Under the pieces are notes generated by a model that worked only from the letters and a program-made list of their open reading frames with translations, was not told where the DNA came from and did not search any database. DNA of 63,920 nucleotides, filler included, from Ministeria vibrans ATCC 50519 (Eukaryota; Protista; Filasterea): the NCBI GenBank assembly GCA_943704425.1. It is 8 parts of 8 records of this genome, joined end to end, with 100 filler letters (N's around TTAATTAATTAA, not from the genome) between each part and the next. Parts side by side here need not be neighbours in the genome. Positions count along the whole stretch, not along the records: positions 18,105 to 39,973 come from CALSCP010001813.1; positions 40,074 to 47,120 come from CALSCP010001210.1; positions 47,221 to 57,646 come from CALSCP010000891.1; 5 more parts are not named here. One strand, written 5' to 3'. The translations under genes and the position numbers were made by a program. Shown one piece after another: positions 36,376 to 47,487 of this stretch. How positions within the stretch are numbered: position 1 is the stretch's first letter; every line of letters begins with the position of its first letter.

Positions 36376-38448
36376 ATGCGTATGGGTGTTTTGGATATCA
36401 TTGTGCTCCTCGTCGCCGCCACGCTCGTCAGCGCCCTTGATGAAGAGGCGTCGGTCTTCAACGACAATGGCAACTTGGTTCTGGCTCCTGCTGCCAACCA
36501 AAGTGTCGTTATTGACGGCAAGCTGCTCCTTAACGGCTCCGAGGTCGTGTCCCGGGCTGAGTTCTCCTCTCTAGTTGCCTCTTTGGAGAATAAAGTCACG
36601 CAGTTAGAGCAATCTCTAGCTTCCTGTCCTTGCGCTTGCGCTACTACCTATTCACGTGCTTTTATCTCCGTCTGGAACACGGAAAACGCGGGTGTGAGTA
36701 ATAGCGACCAGATTGCATTGCCGCTCGAGACCTCCGGCACTTACAATTTCACCGCTGCTTGGGGTGATGGTACGTCTGATCGCATCTCTGCTTTTGATCA
36801 AAGCGCCGTCACGCATACCTATGGACAACCTGGCAACTATACCCTGGAGATTACTGGCACCATACTTGGCTGGCGCTTCGACGATGGTGGTGACAAGTTT
36901 AAAATCCTGGACATCAAGCAATGGGGCTCGTTACAACTGGGCAACAACGGTAGCTATTTCTACAACTGTGCGAATATGGATATATCTGCTTCAGATGCCC
37001 CAAATCTCACAGGAACGTCCAATTTGTCTTATGCTTTCCACGCTGCACATTCCCTTTCCAGCCCGGACTTTTCCAAATGGGACGTTTCTCACGTCGTGAA
37101 CATGAACCACATGTTTTACCTGGCGACTCAATTCAATGGAAACATTGATAAATGGGACGTGTCTCGGGTAACCGATATGAACGACATGTTCCACTCCGCG
37201 GGATCATTTAATGGAAATATTTCAATGTGGAACGTCTCGGCTGTGAAAGATATGTCGGGGATGTTCTACGGCGTGGTATCATTCGACCAAGACGTGTCTC
37301 AATGGGATGTCTCCAATGTGCAAAATATGGGTTTCATGTTTAATGGTGCCATGTCATTTGACAAACCCATCGACCGTTGGAATGTCTCTCAGGTCTTCGG
37401 AATGAATGGTATGTTTCGAGGGGCAACATCGTTCAACCAAAATCTGTCTCCCTGGTGTGTGGTACTGATCAACCCACCAGCGTGGCAGTTTGACACTACC
37501 TCGACTTCTTGGACTCTGCCTCGTCCAATCTGGGGCTCTTGCCCGTCACGCGTGGTTGCTACGTCAACGCCGTTCATCTCCACTTGGAAGACAAACAACC
37601 TGGGAGTGAGTGGCAGCAATCAAATCACTGTTCCGCTTGAGAGCTCTGGCACTTATGACTTTGTGGCTACCTGGGGTGATGGTACGGCAGACTATATCAC
37701 CGCTTTTGACGCCGCTACAGTGACTCACACTTATTCGTCACCTGGAACATATACTATCTCGCTTCGTGGCACCATTGTTGGTTGGCGCTTTAATGATGGG
37801 GGAGACAAACTAAAGATTCTAGATATACGGCAGTGGGGCGACATACGACTGGGTGATTCAAAGGAATTCTTTCGTGGAGCTCGCAACCTGGCCGTGTCGG
37901 CAACCGATACACTCTGCCTTGCAGGGACCACAAAATTGGATGGTATTTTTCGCGATACGAGAATGACCCACATTCCTGGAATCGAAAGTTGGGATGTATC
38001 ACATATCACCGACTTCCGATACGCGTTCTACGAATCGACTTTTACTGGGTCATTGGCAAAATGGAACATGTCGTCAGCGATTACGCTTCGCTGGATGTTT
38101 TGGGACTCTGGATTCAATGGGAATGTATCCACATGGGACGTGTCCGCCGTGACTGACTTTGGTGAAATGTTTTTCATGAGCCCTTTTGTCGGAGATGTGG
38201 GTTTGTGGGATGTCTCTTCGGCGCGAGACATGGAGGACATGTTCAAGAATACGCCATTTAACGGGAACGTAGGCCTATGGAATGTTTCGTCAGTCACGGA
38301 CATGAGTGGAATGTTTGAGAGTGCCACTTCATTCAATCAAGACTTGAGCAGTTGGTGTGTTGCCAACATCAATATAGCGCCTACAAACTTTGACACTGGC
38401 GCAAATTCTTGGGCTTTGCCTCGTCCCAACTGGGGAACGTGCCGGTAG
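36376..38448 (+). CDS. Intronless secreted protein: signal peptide, coiled coil, then 2 x [PKD-like + DUF285/BspA-type surface repeats]
   Basis: 690-aa ORF with WGDG...THTY PKD-like motifs and about 25-aa repeats of the type FNGNISxWDVSxVTDMSGMF. Both halves end in WxLPRPxWG(S/T)C. Confidence 0.9.
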   Translation: MRMGVLDIIVLLVAATLVSALDEEASVFNDNGNLVLAPAANQSVVIDGKLLLNGSEVVSRAEFSSLVASLENKVTQLEQSLASCPCACATTYSRAFISVWNTENAGVSNSDQIALPLETSGTYNFTAAWGDGTSDRISAFDQSAVTHTYGQPGNYTLEITGTILGWRFDDGGDKFKILDIKQWGSLQLGNNGSYFYNCANMDISASDAPNLTGTSNLSYAFHAAHSLSSPDFSKWDVSHVVNMNHMFYLATQFNGNIDKWDVSRVTDMNDMFHSAGSFNGNISMWNVSAVKDMSGMFYGVVSFDQDVSQWDVSNVQNMGFMFNGAMSFDKPIDRWNVSQVFGMNGMFRGATSFNQNLSPWCVVLINPPAWQFDTTSTSWTLPRPIWGSCPSRVVATSTPFISTWKTNNLGVSGSNQITVPLESSGTYDFVATWGDGTADYITAFDAATVTHTYSSPGTYTISLRGTIVGWRFNDGGDKLKILDIRQWGDIRLGDSKEFFRGARNLAVSATDTLCLAGTTKLDGIFRDTRMTHIPGIESWDVSHITDFRYAFYESTFTGSLAKWNMSSAITLRWMFWDSGFNGNVSTWDVSAVTDFGEMFFMSPFVGDVGLWDVSSARDMEDMFKNTPFNGNVGLWNVSSVTDMSGMFESATSFNQDLSSWCVANINIAPTNFDTGANSWALPRPNWGTCR

Positions 38449-39177
38449 TGCTGTGTTTCGTGCAATGGATGGAATCGTGAATTCTTTCGATGAACAGTGT
38501 TTTTTTTTTGTTTATTGTTGCTTTGAGTGTCAAGTTGTGTTTCTTGTTTGTTTATTTGGTCGTGTGGTTGAGAGTGGGGTTAGATTGTTTTTGTTTTGTT
38601 TTGTTCTGTTGTGGAAAAACGAATAAAGTTTTAAAGAAGGCATTTTTTCAAGAAATCCCGGCTCAACGCCCCGAGTGCTTGGACCAAGAAAACCTCCGTC
38701 CGTGTCCGCACTCCCTCACCAACCTTCAGATTTGATACTCGACAGTGTGTGGAGGGGATTAGTATGTAAGAAGCCGCCACGGTTGTCTAAGGCACACAGA
38801 CAGGACGGGCCTCGCTGCAACAACAACGACTCAGCCAGTGGCCACGCCAGGTCAGCCCACAGTTATGATTGGGGGTGCACGCAGCACACGAGACACCAGT
38901 ATTCGCATTCACAGAAATGCTCACTCCGTGGAAGGCATCAGGGAGGCTGCGCGGGCAGCTCGGCACAGCGACGTGGATGTTCTTGTGGGTGATGTTGGCA
39001 ACTGTGACGGTGTGGATCGTTATCCCTCGACGTGGGCAGCAGCAGCAGCAGCGGTAGCGGCCTGAGTAGCAGCAATGATGGAGAGAGGTCGTAATCAACT
39101 GAGAACTCTCCATCAGAGTCGATCTTGCCGCTTGCCGGATGAAGTGCATGACAATTGACGTTAATTTTCCACATTTT

Positions 39178-39866
39178 GGGTTAGGAATAGGGTTAGGGTT
39201 AGGGTTAGCGTGTTTGCGTGCACTGCATCTGGGGTTAGTGCTATAGAGCGCGCCCTGCACGTACTACAGGCAGGCTTTCAAGAATGGTTGAAGGATGCGT
39301 CACAGGATGGTGCGAATGCGCAGGTTGCACTGTGGCTTGTGCCGTTTCAAATGATGCGTCCATTGGTTCTTGTGTCAGGCATGTGGCCACAAGCGGTGCT
39401 GGAGCGTTTCAGTGAGAGTGAGCGTGTTCGTCTGAAGAAGATGGCGTCAAATGTTGTGAAAGACATGGTGACGTGGTATGAGACGTGGGCCAAACGAAGA
39501 TTTTCTGTTGCGGCAGATAGAGTCTGAGTTTGTTGCTGATGTCGGACGGTGGGACTGGTTGTGGTTCTGTTCTTAGGGTTAGGGTTAGGGTTAGGGTTAG
39601 GGTTTGTGGTGCGTTTTATTACTTTTGTGTGTGACTGTGTTGTTTTGTTAATGTTTGTGATTGTTTGTTTTTGATATTATGTGTGTTGTTTTGGTATTTG
39701 TTCTTTGGTGTTGCTTGTAGTATCCTCTTGTGTGTTTTTGTGTTTGATGTGTGTGTTGAGGATCGCGATGTATTCCGAGTGGGCCCCATAAGCTGCTTGA
39801 GTATGTGTTAAACGTCTGAATACAATCGTAAAGTTCATGTCTCGGTTAGGGTTAGGGTTAGGGTTC
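39178..39866 (+). mobile_element. Probable 3' end of a non-LTR element (ORF C-terminus 39210-39527 plus GT-rich 3' UTR) flanked by and containing TTAGGG tracts
   Basis: TTAGGG tracts at about 39178-39208, 39573-39603 and 39845-39865. An open frame begins without ATG immediately after the first tract. Assignment to the LINE is inference from context. Confidence 0.55.
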
Positions 39867-40097
39867 AGTTTTATTCATTTCTTCCTTCCCCAGCAAACTC
39901 CTGTGCGTACTGCCGGGCGTTCGTTGATCAATCTGATCGACTTTTTCAAATTTGAAAAAGCAAAAAGAGGAAANNNNNNNNNNNNNNNNNNNNNNNNNNN
40001 NNNNNNNNNNNNNNNNNTTAATTAATTAANNNNNNNNNNNNNNNNNNNNNNNNNNNNNNNNNNNNNNNNNNNNCTGACATAACGTTACATTGTGAAG

Positions 40098-40140
40098 ATT
40101 CTGATTGTGATTGGCGAGACGGGAAGTGGCAAGACGACGC
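40098..40140 (+). pseudogene. Isolated DEAH-box helicase motif I fragment
   Basis: Reads ILIVIGETGSGKTT after an AG, then runs into a T-rich tract with no continuation. Confidence 0.55.
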
Positions 40141-40221
40141 TTTCTTTCTTTTTTGCGAAATCAAACTATACAGCGCTGTATACAACAGTTATGGCGAATT
40201 AAGAACAATAAGTAGAGTACA

Positions 40222-43200
40222 TTACACGGAGGACCAGGGTGCGGCGGCACAGGGAGCACAGCGCCAGTCGGAATTGCAAGAGACGCAGGTTTCGCCACGG
40301 GTGCACGAGGGGCAGTCGGCACAGGCACAGAGAAGGTCACAAAAGAGAGCGCAGGAGGGACACGGGGCAATACCGAGACAGGAGAAGCAGAAAGCATGAT
40401 CGCAGACGGGACAGGTGACCAAATGCGAGCCGTGACCCGCGTAGTGCGCGGTGGGGGCATTGCACTGGGGACAGGGTTTGGAGGCGGGTCGACGGGTGAT
40501 GGAGAGAGACTGCGTACGAGAAAGCGCGTGAATCTCGCACGTTTTGCCGGCGTGCCAGGGAACGGCACAGGCGAGACAGAAGTCACGGCGACAAAAGGTG
40601 CAGGAGACACAGGCACTGGGTGAAAGATGGCAAGCCGCAAGGTCTTCACTCATGCGCAGCAGAGCGCCACAGTCGCGGTAGGGACAGCGGGCGCGTTCGG
40701 TTGCGGGCATTATTGCAACACGCGCAAACTCACGAAATTTGTGGAGTTCGTCTTCGCTTAGTGGGCGGTTGGCGTCACGATCGACTTCAGAGACGGGGCT
40801 GTCATCGCCAGCATCGTAGTCGCCACCTAGATCCTCGACTGCGTCGCTTGACACGAGCGTGTTGCATGCACGGTCGCCGTCCGCGGCCGGACATGTCATT
40901 GGGAAAAGATCGATGGGAGAAGCAAGGGCAAAGCGGACATGCTCAAGGGCGCATGGACGACACACGAGGTGGCCGCACGAGCCAAACTCGTGAAGCTGCA
41001 GTGCGGTGCATTCTTTGAGACAAAGGTCGCAGCGCACAATGGTGACGGGCCGAAGGAGCTCGGAGGGCTGTCGACAACCGTTGCAGATGGGACCGTTCGC
41101 TGTGCGAAAGGTCTCGGCACAGTTGCGGCACAAGAGCACATGCTGGCAGGGCAGGTTGACAGCGTCGGCAACATTGCGACAGCCGCTGGCGACACACTGA
41201 ATGGCGCTGGGGGCACCCGCATTGACAAGGCGCGATGACACAGTGTTGCGCAAGTCGGATGCGTCGTTCGCGGAACGTTGGCGACGCGCACTGTTTCGAC
41301 GTGGCGGCGGCGGCGAGCGACTGCGGTTGGCAGTTGAGTTGGCAGCGCCAAGAGAGCGCGAGAGAGACGAGGCTGGGGAGCTGGCAGAAAGGCCTGAGAT
41401 ATTGCTGGCGGTGGAGGACCGATGGCGCGGAGAGTGGAGTCGTGGTGGGCTGGCCAGACTTCCATTGTCGGAGTGGGCAAGGGTGTTGGAACGCGGCGAG
41501 GTTACGGCGGGTGTGGGGTTGATAAGGAGCGCGATGACATCGGAGAGAGAACGCACAAGATTGGCAAGCGAATCAACCACCTGATCGGCGCTGGGGCGTC
41601 GGTCGTTGTTGTCAGCACTGCAGCGCAGACCCAGCGTGAAGAGACGCGTGGCGACATTGTCATCCCAAAAGACACGACGAGGGGTAAACAGGGCAGAGTG
41701 GCGGTCGAGCAGTAGAAGCAGACGGTTGAAGGAAGGTGAATCGGCGCTGTGGGGCGAGAGGGGCATTGAGGTGGTACGCGCAAGGTGTGTACGAGAGCGT
41801 TCGCGAGGCGACGAGGCCGAGTCAGTGGACGTCTGACTGTCGTGGTGTTTACGCACCCACCACTTCAGTTCGCCGGGCGCCGGTAGCTTGTCCGAGAGGG
41901 CAGTCATGCCTGTGAGCAGTTCCAGAACAATAATGCCAAACGAATAGACATCTGCGCTTGGCATGGGCACGCGGGTGCGCAGAAATTCAGGACACGTGTA
42001 GCCGGGCGAGGCGTGTCGTAGGGCAGCGTCCGCACTGACAAAGCCAAAGTCAGATATTTTGGCGACAAAGTGTTCGTCCAGGAGTATATTGCGACTCTTG
42101 AGGTGCAGATGAAGAAGAGGGGTTGGGATGGAGGAAACGGCGGCGTTGCCCGACTGGGCGTGAAGGAAGGCAAGACCGCGGGCGCAGTCAAGGGCAATAC
42201 GCACTCGCAAGGGCCAGGGAAGGAGCGAGGAGCGCTGTGAAGCCGCAGACGAAGGTCGCGGCGATGAGGCCGATGCGAGTGCGGCTGCCTCGATTTCGGT
42301 GTCGAGACAGTGACGCAGACTACCGGTGGGCATAAACTCGCCGAGGACGAAGCGTTCGTGAGCAATCGTGTCGTTGCACACTCCCACAAAGGTGACCAAG
42401 TGACGGTGGTGCAGGCGCATGAGAGTCGCGGCCTCCTTGGCAAACTCGTCGGCGGCCAAGCTGACGTCGCCCAGTCGTTTAACCGCAACATGCGTGCCGT
42501 CCGCCAGAGCACCGCGATACACCGCACCAAACGCCCCCAGACCAACCAGACGGTCCGAAGAGAAGTCATCGGTGGCGGTGCGCAGTTGGTCGCGCGAAAA
42601 CCGCTTGGCCATGGTCTGGGTACTGTCGCGCCGAGCCTTACGACGCGACGCCGAGCCATGAGACGAGCCCAGGCTGTCGGTAAGACGGTCGGACGCCTCA
42701 ATCACTTCAATTTCGAGTGTTGCATTGTGTGCAGCGTCCGCGGCAGCAGCGGCCGCAGCGGCCGCAGCAGGGTCAGCGGCAACGTCGACGGCGGAGCTAC
42801 GACGGCGTGGCGAGAGGAAAGAGAAAGCGGAGCGGGGTGAGCGATGGGTCACGCCGGACGATGATGATGAACTCCCGTTGGGATCGTCGCCATGGTCGCT
42901 GGAAGAGATACGACGAGAAAAGAGAGGTATGACGGAGCCGAGAAGCGAAGTGGACGGGCGCGGGATGTTGAGGGAGGCAGGGGGTGCGCGGGAGGCGCGT
43001 GCGGGACTACCGGATATAGGAGCGGACGCAGGACGACGAATGGACGACGCCGAGTCGACGGAAGCCGATGAGGCACTGGTGTCTGAAGCAAGCAGAGTGG
43101 AGACGGTGTCGGCGAGACGCTGGAGTGGGGCCGGAATGGGCAAGAGTGCGCCCGTCTCACGGTACTGCTTTAGAATGCCAACCATTTTGTGTGCCTTGCG

Positions 43201-43882
43201 CTTGCTTGCCAAGTCGATGGGAGACGCGCCGGTGCAGGTGCGTCGTGCAATGTCTGCGCCTGCATCCAGAAGCATCGTGACGATGGCCAGTGCATTGTCG
43301 GAGTCGTCGTGCGAGCCAAAGTGCGCGCAGAAATGAAGTGGGGTCCACCCGCGAGGAGTCGTCCTGACAAAAGTGAGTCAGAAGCTGTGCTACAGCTGAA
43401 GAGTTGCATACCTATTAGGGTCGGCAGCGGCCGTGAGGTAGATGCGCACTGCCTCTGGGTGAACGGACCAGGCGGCAAAGTGGAGGGGTGTGAGCCCAGA
43501 GCAGCCAGGGGAGCGCACTAGCTCTTCGGGCGTGAGATTCTTGCTAGACCTCGCTGACTTGAGCAGGTCCAAAATGGCAGTGGTCTTGCCCAGACTGGCC
43601 GCCTAAGACAAAAACAAGGGTAAGTAAGATGCGGACACATCGCCAGTGGTTTCCGTGGCTTCGCGTACCTCTCGCATGAGTGCTGCTTCGTGAGGCGGAG
43701 GAGCGTCAAGAGGCATTCCGTGCGCCTCATAGACGCTCTCTAGAACCGCGCGACACTCGTCGTTGTTTCTTACGCGCGCCCAATCCAAAGCTCTGAACCA
43801 AGACAAATTAATTGATAATGATAGAAAATAATAATATTATTAATTTAATAGTATGCTTATTATTTTGACGTATGTCAGTCAT

Positions 43883-43916
<34 letters not shown>

Positions 43917-44313
43917 TTTTGCCAAAGTCGTCGACGATTTCCAGATCGGCACGGGCACGGACGAGAACACTGACATTGGTGGCGTTGCCGGCAAAGGCAG
44001 CCGCGTGGAGGGGAGTCTGGAGGGGCAAGGGCGTGAGAGAAGCGACTTGGATGGACATGGCGTCGATTGAATGTGTCAATACCATTCCACACCAGTCCTG
44101 GGCGTCGACGACGGCACCGCGGCGGAGCAGCAGGCGCACCATTGCCTCTGACCCCTGCGAGCTGGCCAGGTGCAGCACGGTGCTTCCAACGCTTCCGGGA
44201 ATGCGCACGTCCGCACCGCGACCAATGAACTTTCGCACGGCGTCGCGGTCCTCTTTCACCACCGCCTTGCGCAGTTGCTGGTCGAGGCGATGCTGGACGT
44301 CGCCTTCGTCCAT
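40222..44313 (-). CDS. Ankyrin repeats - RLK/Pelle(IRAK)-type pseudokinase - RING - RBR (RING1-IBR-RING2) protein, multi-exon
   Basis: Ankyrin motifs GSTVLHLAS, TPLHAAA, GLTPLHFAA. Kinase FSRDQLRTATDDFS...GLGAFGAVYRG...VAVKRL...HLHLKSRNILLD...ISDFG...ADVYSFG. RING LPCQHVLLCRNC, RING1 CGHLVCRPC, IBR CPYRDC...CTFCRRDFCLAC..PWH...TC, RING2 CPQC...CPVCDHAFCFSC. Confidence 0.9.
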
Positions 44314-44485
44314 GACGATGAGCGAATAAATTTATGTGTGAGACTCAGAGGTCTCGGACAGACAGTCAGACTAGGAATAAGTTCAATCTTCCTCGCATCT
44401 TCCTCTGTTGTTCAGGTGGTGGGTCGCATACTAGTTAGAAGAAGGCGACGAGAGAAAGAAGTATACTTTTGACTGAGTTACATTG

Positions 44486-45721
44486 CTACATGGTCAATTC
44501 GGGCCAGGATTGGTTGGTGGCGATGGAGCGTGCCTGCTGGGCGGCAGGCACAATGGCCTGCGTCCACGTTTCGTCGTCGGCCCACACGCCAAACGAGGCG
44601 GGGTCGTCGTTACGATCGAGGTCCCAAAACAACCATGGGACTTTGGCATCATTGAGACTGTTGGTCCAGTGCCGCATAGCTTTGGCGCGCGCGTCACGTG
44701 TCGACGCCGACACACCGAATTCCTGGACGAGGTAGCGCTTGTGATAGAGGCGCGCAGCAGTCGCCGCCAATGCGACCTTGTCGAGCAGCACGGGCAGGCT
44801 GTAGTCGTGGAGAGCAAGCACATCAATGGCAGGGCATGATGCAAGCGCGACGTATTCGTGGCGCGACGCGGGCGAGCTCTCTTCGCCACCGCCTGTCGTG
44901 ATGGCGATGCGGGGCGACAGGGCACACTGCGATCGCATGTATGTCGACATGGCACACAGCCACGAGTCATGAGACGGAACATGCAAGTGACCCATTGCCT
45001 CGTTTTCGGCCTCGATCGAGAAGATGACGTCGCTGAGGTCACGCCACGTCGAGTTGTCCATCAGTGCATTGCGATGTGTAAGAATGAAAGCAATGCGATT
45101 CGCAAAGTCGGCGCGTGCACTCGCATTGGCATAGAATGACGATACATTGTTGGCAGCACTGTCGTGGCCACAATCGCTCACAGCGGGTAGGTTGTACTTT
45201 GCGACATACACGTCTGTGCGCCAACACCCCAGCGACCATCTAAGGGAAGTGAGTGTGTGTGTGTGTGTGTGTGTGTCACGCACAACCCCTTTCTACCTGT
45301 CGTGAAGAGCAATCGTCAGCTTAATGTTGTGGCGCTTGCAGTCGACCATGAGCGCGTCGACGCGCTTCAGGATGGTGTCGTCGTAATTGCCGACTTGGCC
45401 GACTTCGACGTCAGGCAGGGAATCGCAGAACTGCACGGAACCCTAGCACACACACAAGACGACACGCAGTCAACGCATGCGCATTTGCATGTGCCCCGCC
45501 AGCCGTACCCTGCCCTCGGTGGAGAGGAGGAAGATGCGCAGGACACGCACGCCAGCCTGCTCGGCCGCAACAAGGGAACGCTCGCGGAAGGTTGAGTTGC
45601 ACGCCCACAAGTAGTACGCGGACGTGCCCATCCATGAGTGTGACGCATACACATCATCCAAGTGTGCGTGGGCGCCCAGTGTGCACGCCAAAAGTACGAT
45701 CAGGCTGACGCGGAGAATCAT
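44486..45721 (-). CDS. Secreted glycoside hydrolase family 5 (mannanase-like), 3 exons
   Basis: Signal peptide, VRVLRIF, IFSIEAENE (acid/base), IDVLALHDY, LVQEFG (nucleophile), PWLFW. Confidence 0.85.
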
Positions 45722-45836
45722 AAATATAAAAAATGTCAAGAGGTTGATTTTATAATAATTATTTATTATTCATTTTGAATACAATGATTAGTACAACAGC
45801 TGCGCTCCTTCCGTCACACACACACGCACACGTATA

Positions 45837-47090
45837 TTACACCGTGGTAAAATTGTCTCTCAAGTGTCGTTTGAGGGCATCCAGATCGGCGGGGCCAAAA
45901 CGACGTCGGACAGGAGCGGACTGCGCGGAGTGAGCGTCGCGTTGCAGTTGAGGTCGCGAGGGAAGAAGTTTGGTGGGGAGCATGGACTGGGGCAGTTGCG
46001 GAGGGTGATGATGGTACTGATGATGATAGTGTTGTTGCGGCTGCTGCTGCTGCTGCTGTTGCTGATGGCGCACCTGCTCGACAGCACGTAAGCAGTTGAG
46101 GTAGTGTTGCTGAGTATGCTGGGGCAGTCGGGAAGACGCGGCTGAGTGGCTCTTGCGCGCAATAGGTGGTAACTGTTCGGGCTGAGAAGGACGAACGGTG
46201 GCGGTGGGAGGTGCGGAGGGAACAGAGCGCGGTAGAAGTCGCTGTAGCTTTCGATTGAGTTCGTCAAGACTCGCCTGCAACTGTCGCTCTTCCTCTTCCA
46301 AGCTGGTGGAGAGTGCCAATGCTGGATGAGCCTGTGAGTGCCGCTGTGTTTTGTTGTGTTCCAAGGTCTCACTAGGACCTTGCATGATTTGTCGTTCGGC
46401 GGCCAAGAACGAATCGACACTGCTGCGTCCGTCCGACGCAATGGCAGCAACACAGCTGCGCACGGCGAGTTCGTGTGCCTGCACGCGCTCGCTGGCAGTT
46501 CTATGCAAGGTTGACGGTTCGCTGTCGGCCACATCGTCGTTGTCTTCTCCTAGGCTATCGTACAACACCTGTGCTGGTTGCGAATGGTCCTGTTGCTGTT
46601 GTTGTTGTCCGTGTTGATGAGCGTTTCGCCGTTGTTGCATTTCGATGAGTTTGGCACCTCCCTTTCGCTTGCATCCAACCTCCACTTGCTCAGCCATGAC
46701 AACCACCCTGCGCTGAGAGGGAAGCGAGTCGTCGAGACGAATGGTGCTCACCGAGGTGGCGCGCGAGAGACATTCGGACAGGGCGGATGAGGAGGGTTGC
46801 ATCATCTGACGACGAGCGCGCTCGTGTCGCGCACGGCTGTCTTCTACAAAGAGAGCATGGCCCATAAGACACGCAACAATGGCAGCGGGGGGGGCGGGCG
46901 TACCTCGGGCCTTGCGCTTGTCCGCTCGGCGCTGTTCCAGCACAGCCTGACGACGCACTTGCTCCCGTCGCTCGTTCGCCTCCTTTGCCTCTTCGAACTT
47001 TTCCTTGCGCTGCCGCGTCGCCTCTTGAATGGCTCTTCTTCGATGGCGCTCCTCTTGGGTTCTCTCGCGTATCTATTGAGGGATGGATGA
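45837..47090 (-). CDS. Hypothetical coiled-coil, Q-rich protein (5' partial, probably with short introns)
   Basis: Long GC-rich open frame with charged helical segments and poly-Q. No family recognised. Confidence 0.55.
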
Positions 47091-47220
47091 GACGTTTTTT
47101 TTTTTTTTTTTTTTGGTTTTNNNNNNNNNNNNNNNNNNNNNNNNNNNNNNNNNNNNNNNNNNNNTTAATTAATTAANNNNNNNNNNNNNNNNNNNNNNNN
47201 NNNNNNNNNNNNNNNNNNNN

Positions 47221-47329
<109 letters not shown>

Positions 47330-47345
47330 TAATAATAATAATAAT

Positions 47346-47408
<63 letters not shown>

Positions 47409-47410
47409 TA

Positions 47411-47454
<44 letters not shown>

Positions 47455-47487
47455 ATAATAATAAGACGTACTATCGTCTTATTCTCT

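Noticed and set aside
33882-39866. True chromosome end or telomerase RT
   Set aside because: The tracts are only 3-5 units with unique sequence beyond them, and the RT motifs are LINE-type rather than TERT-type.
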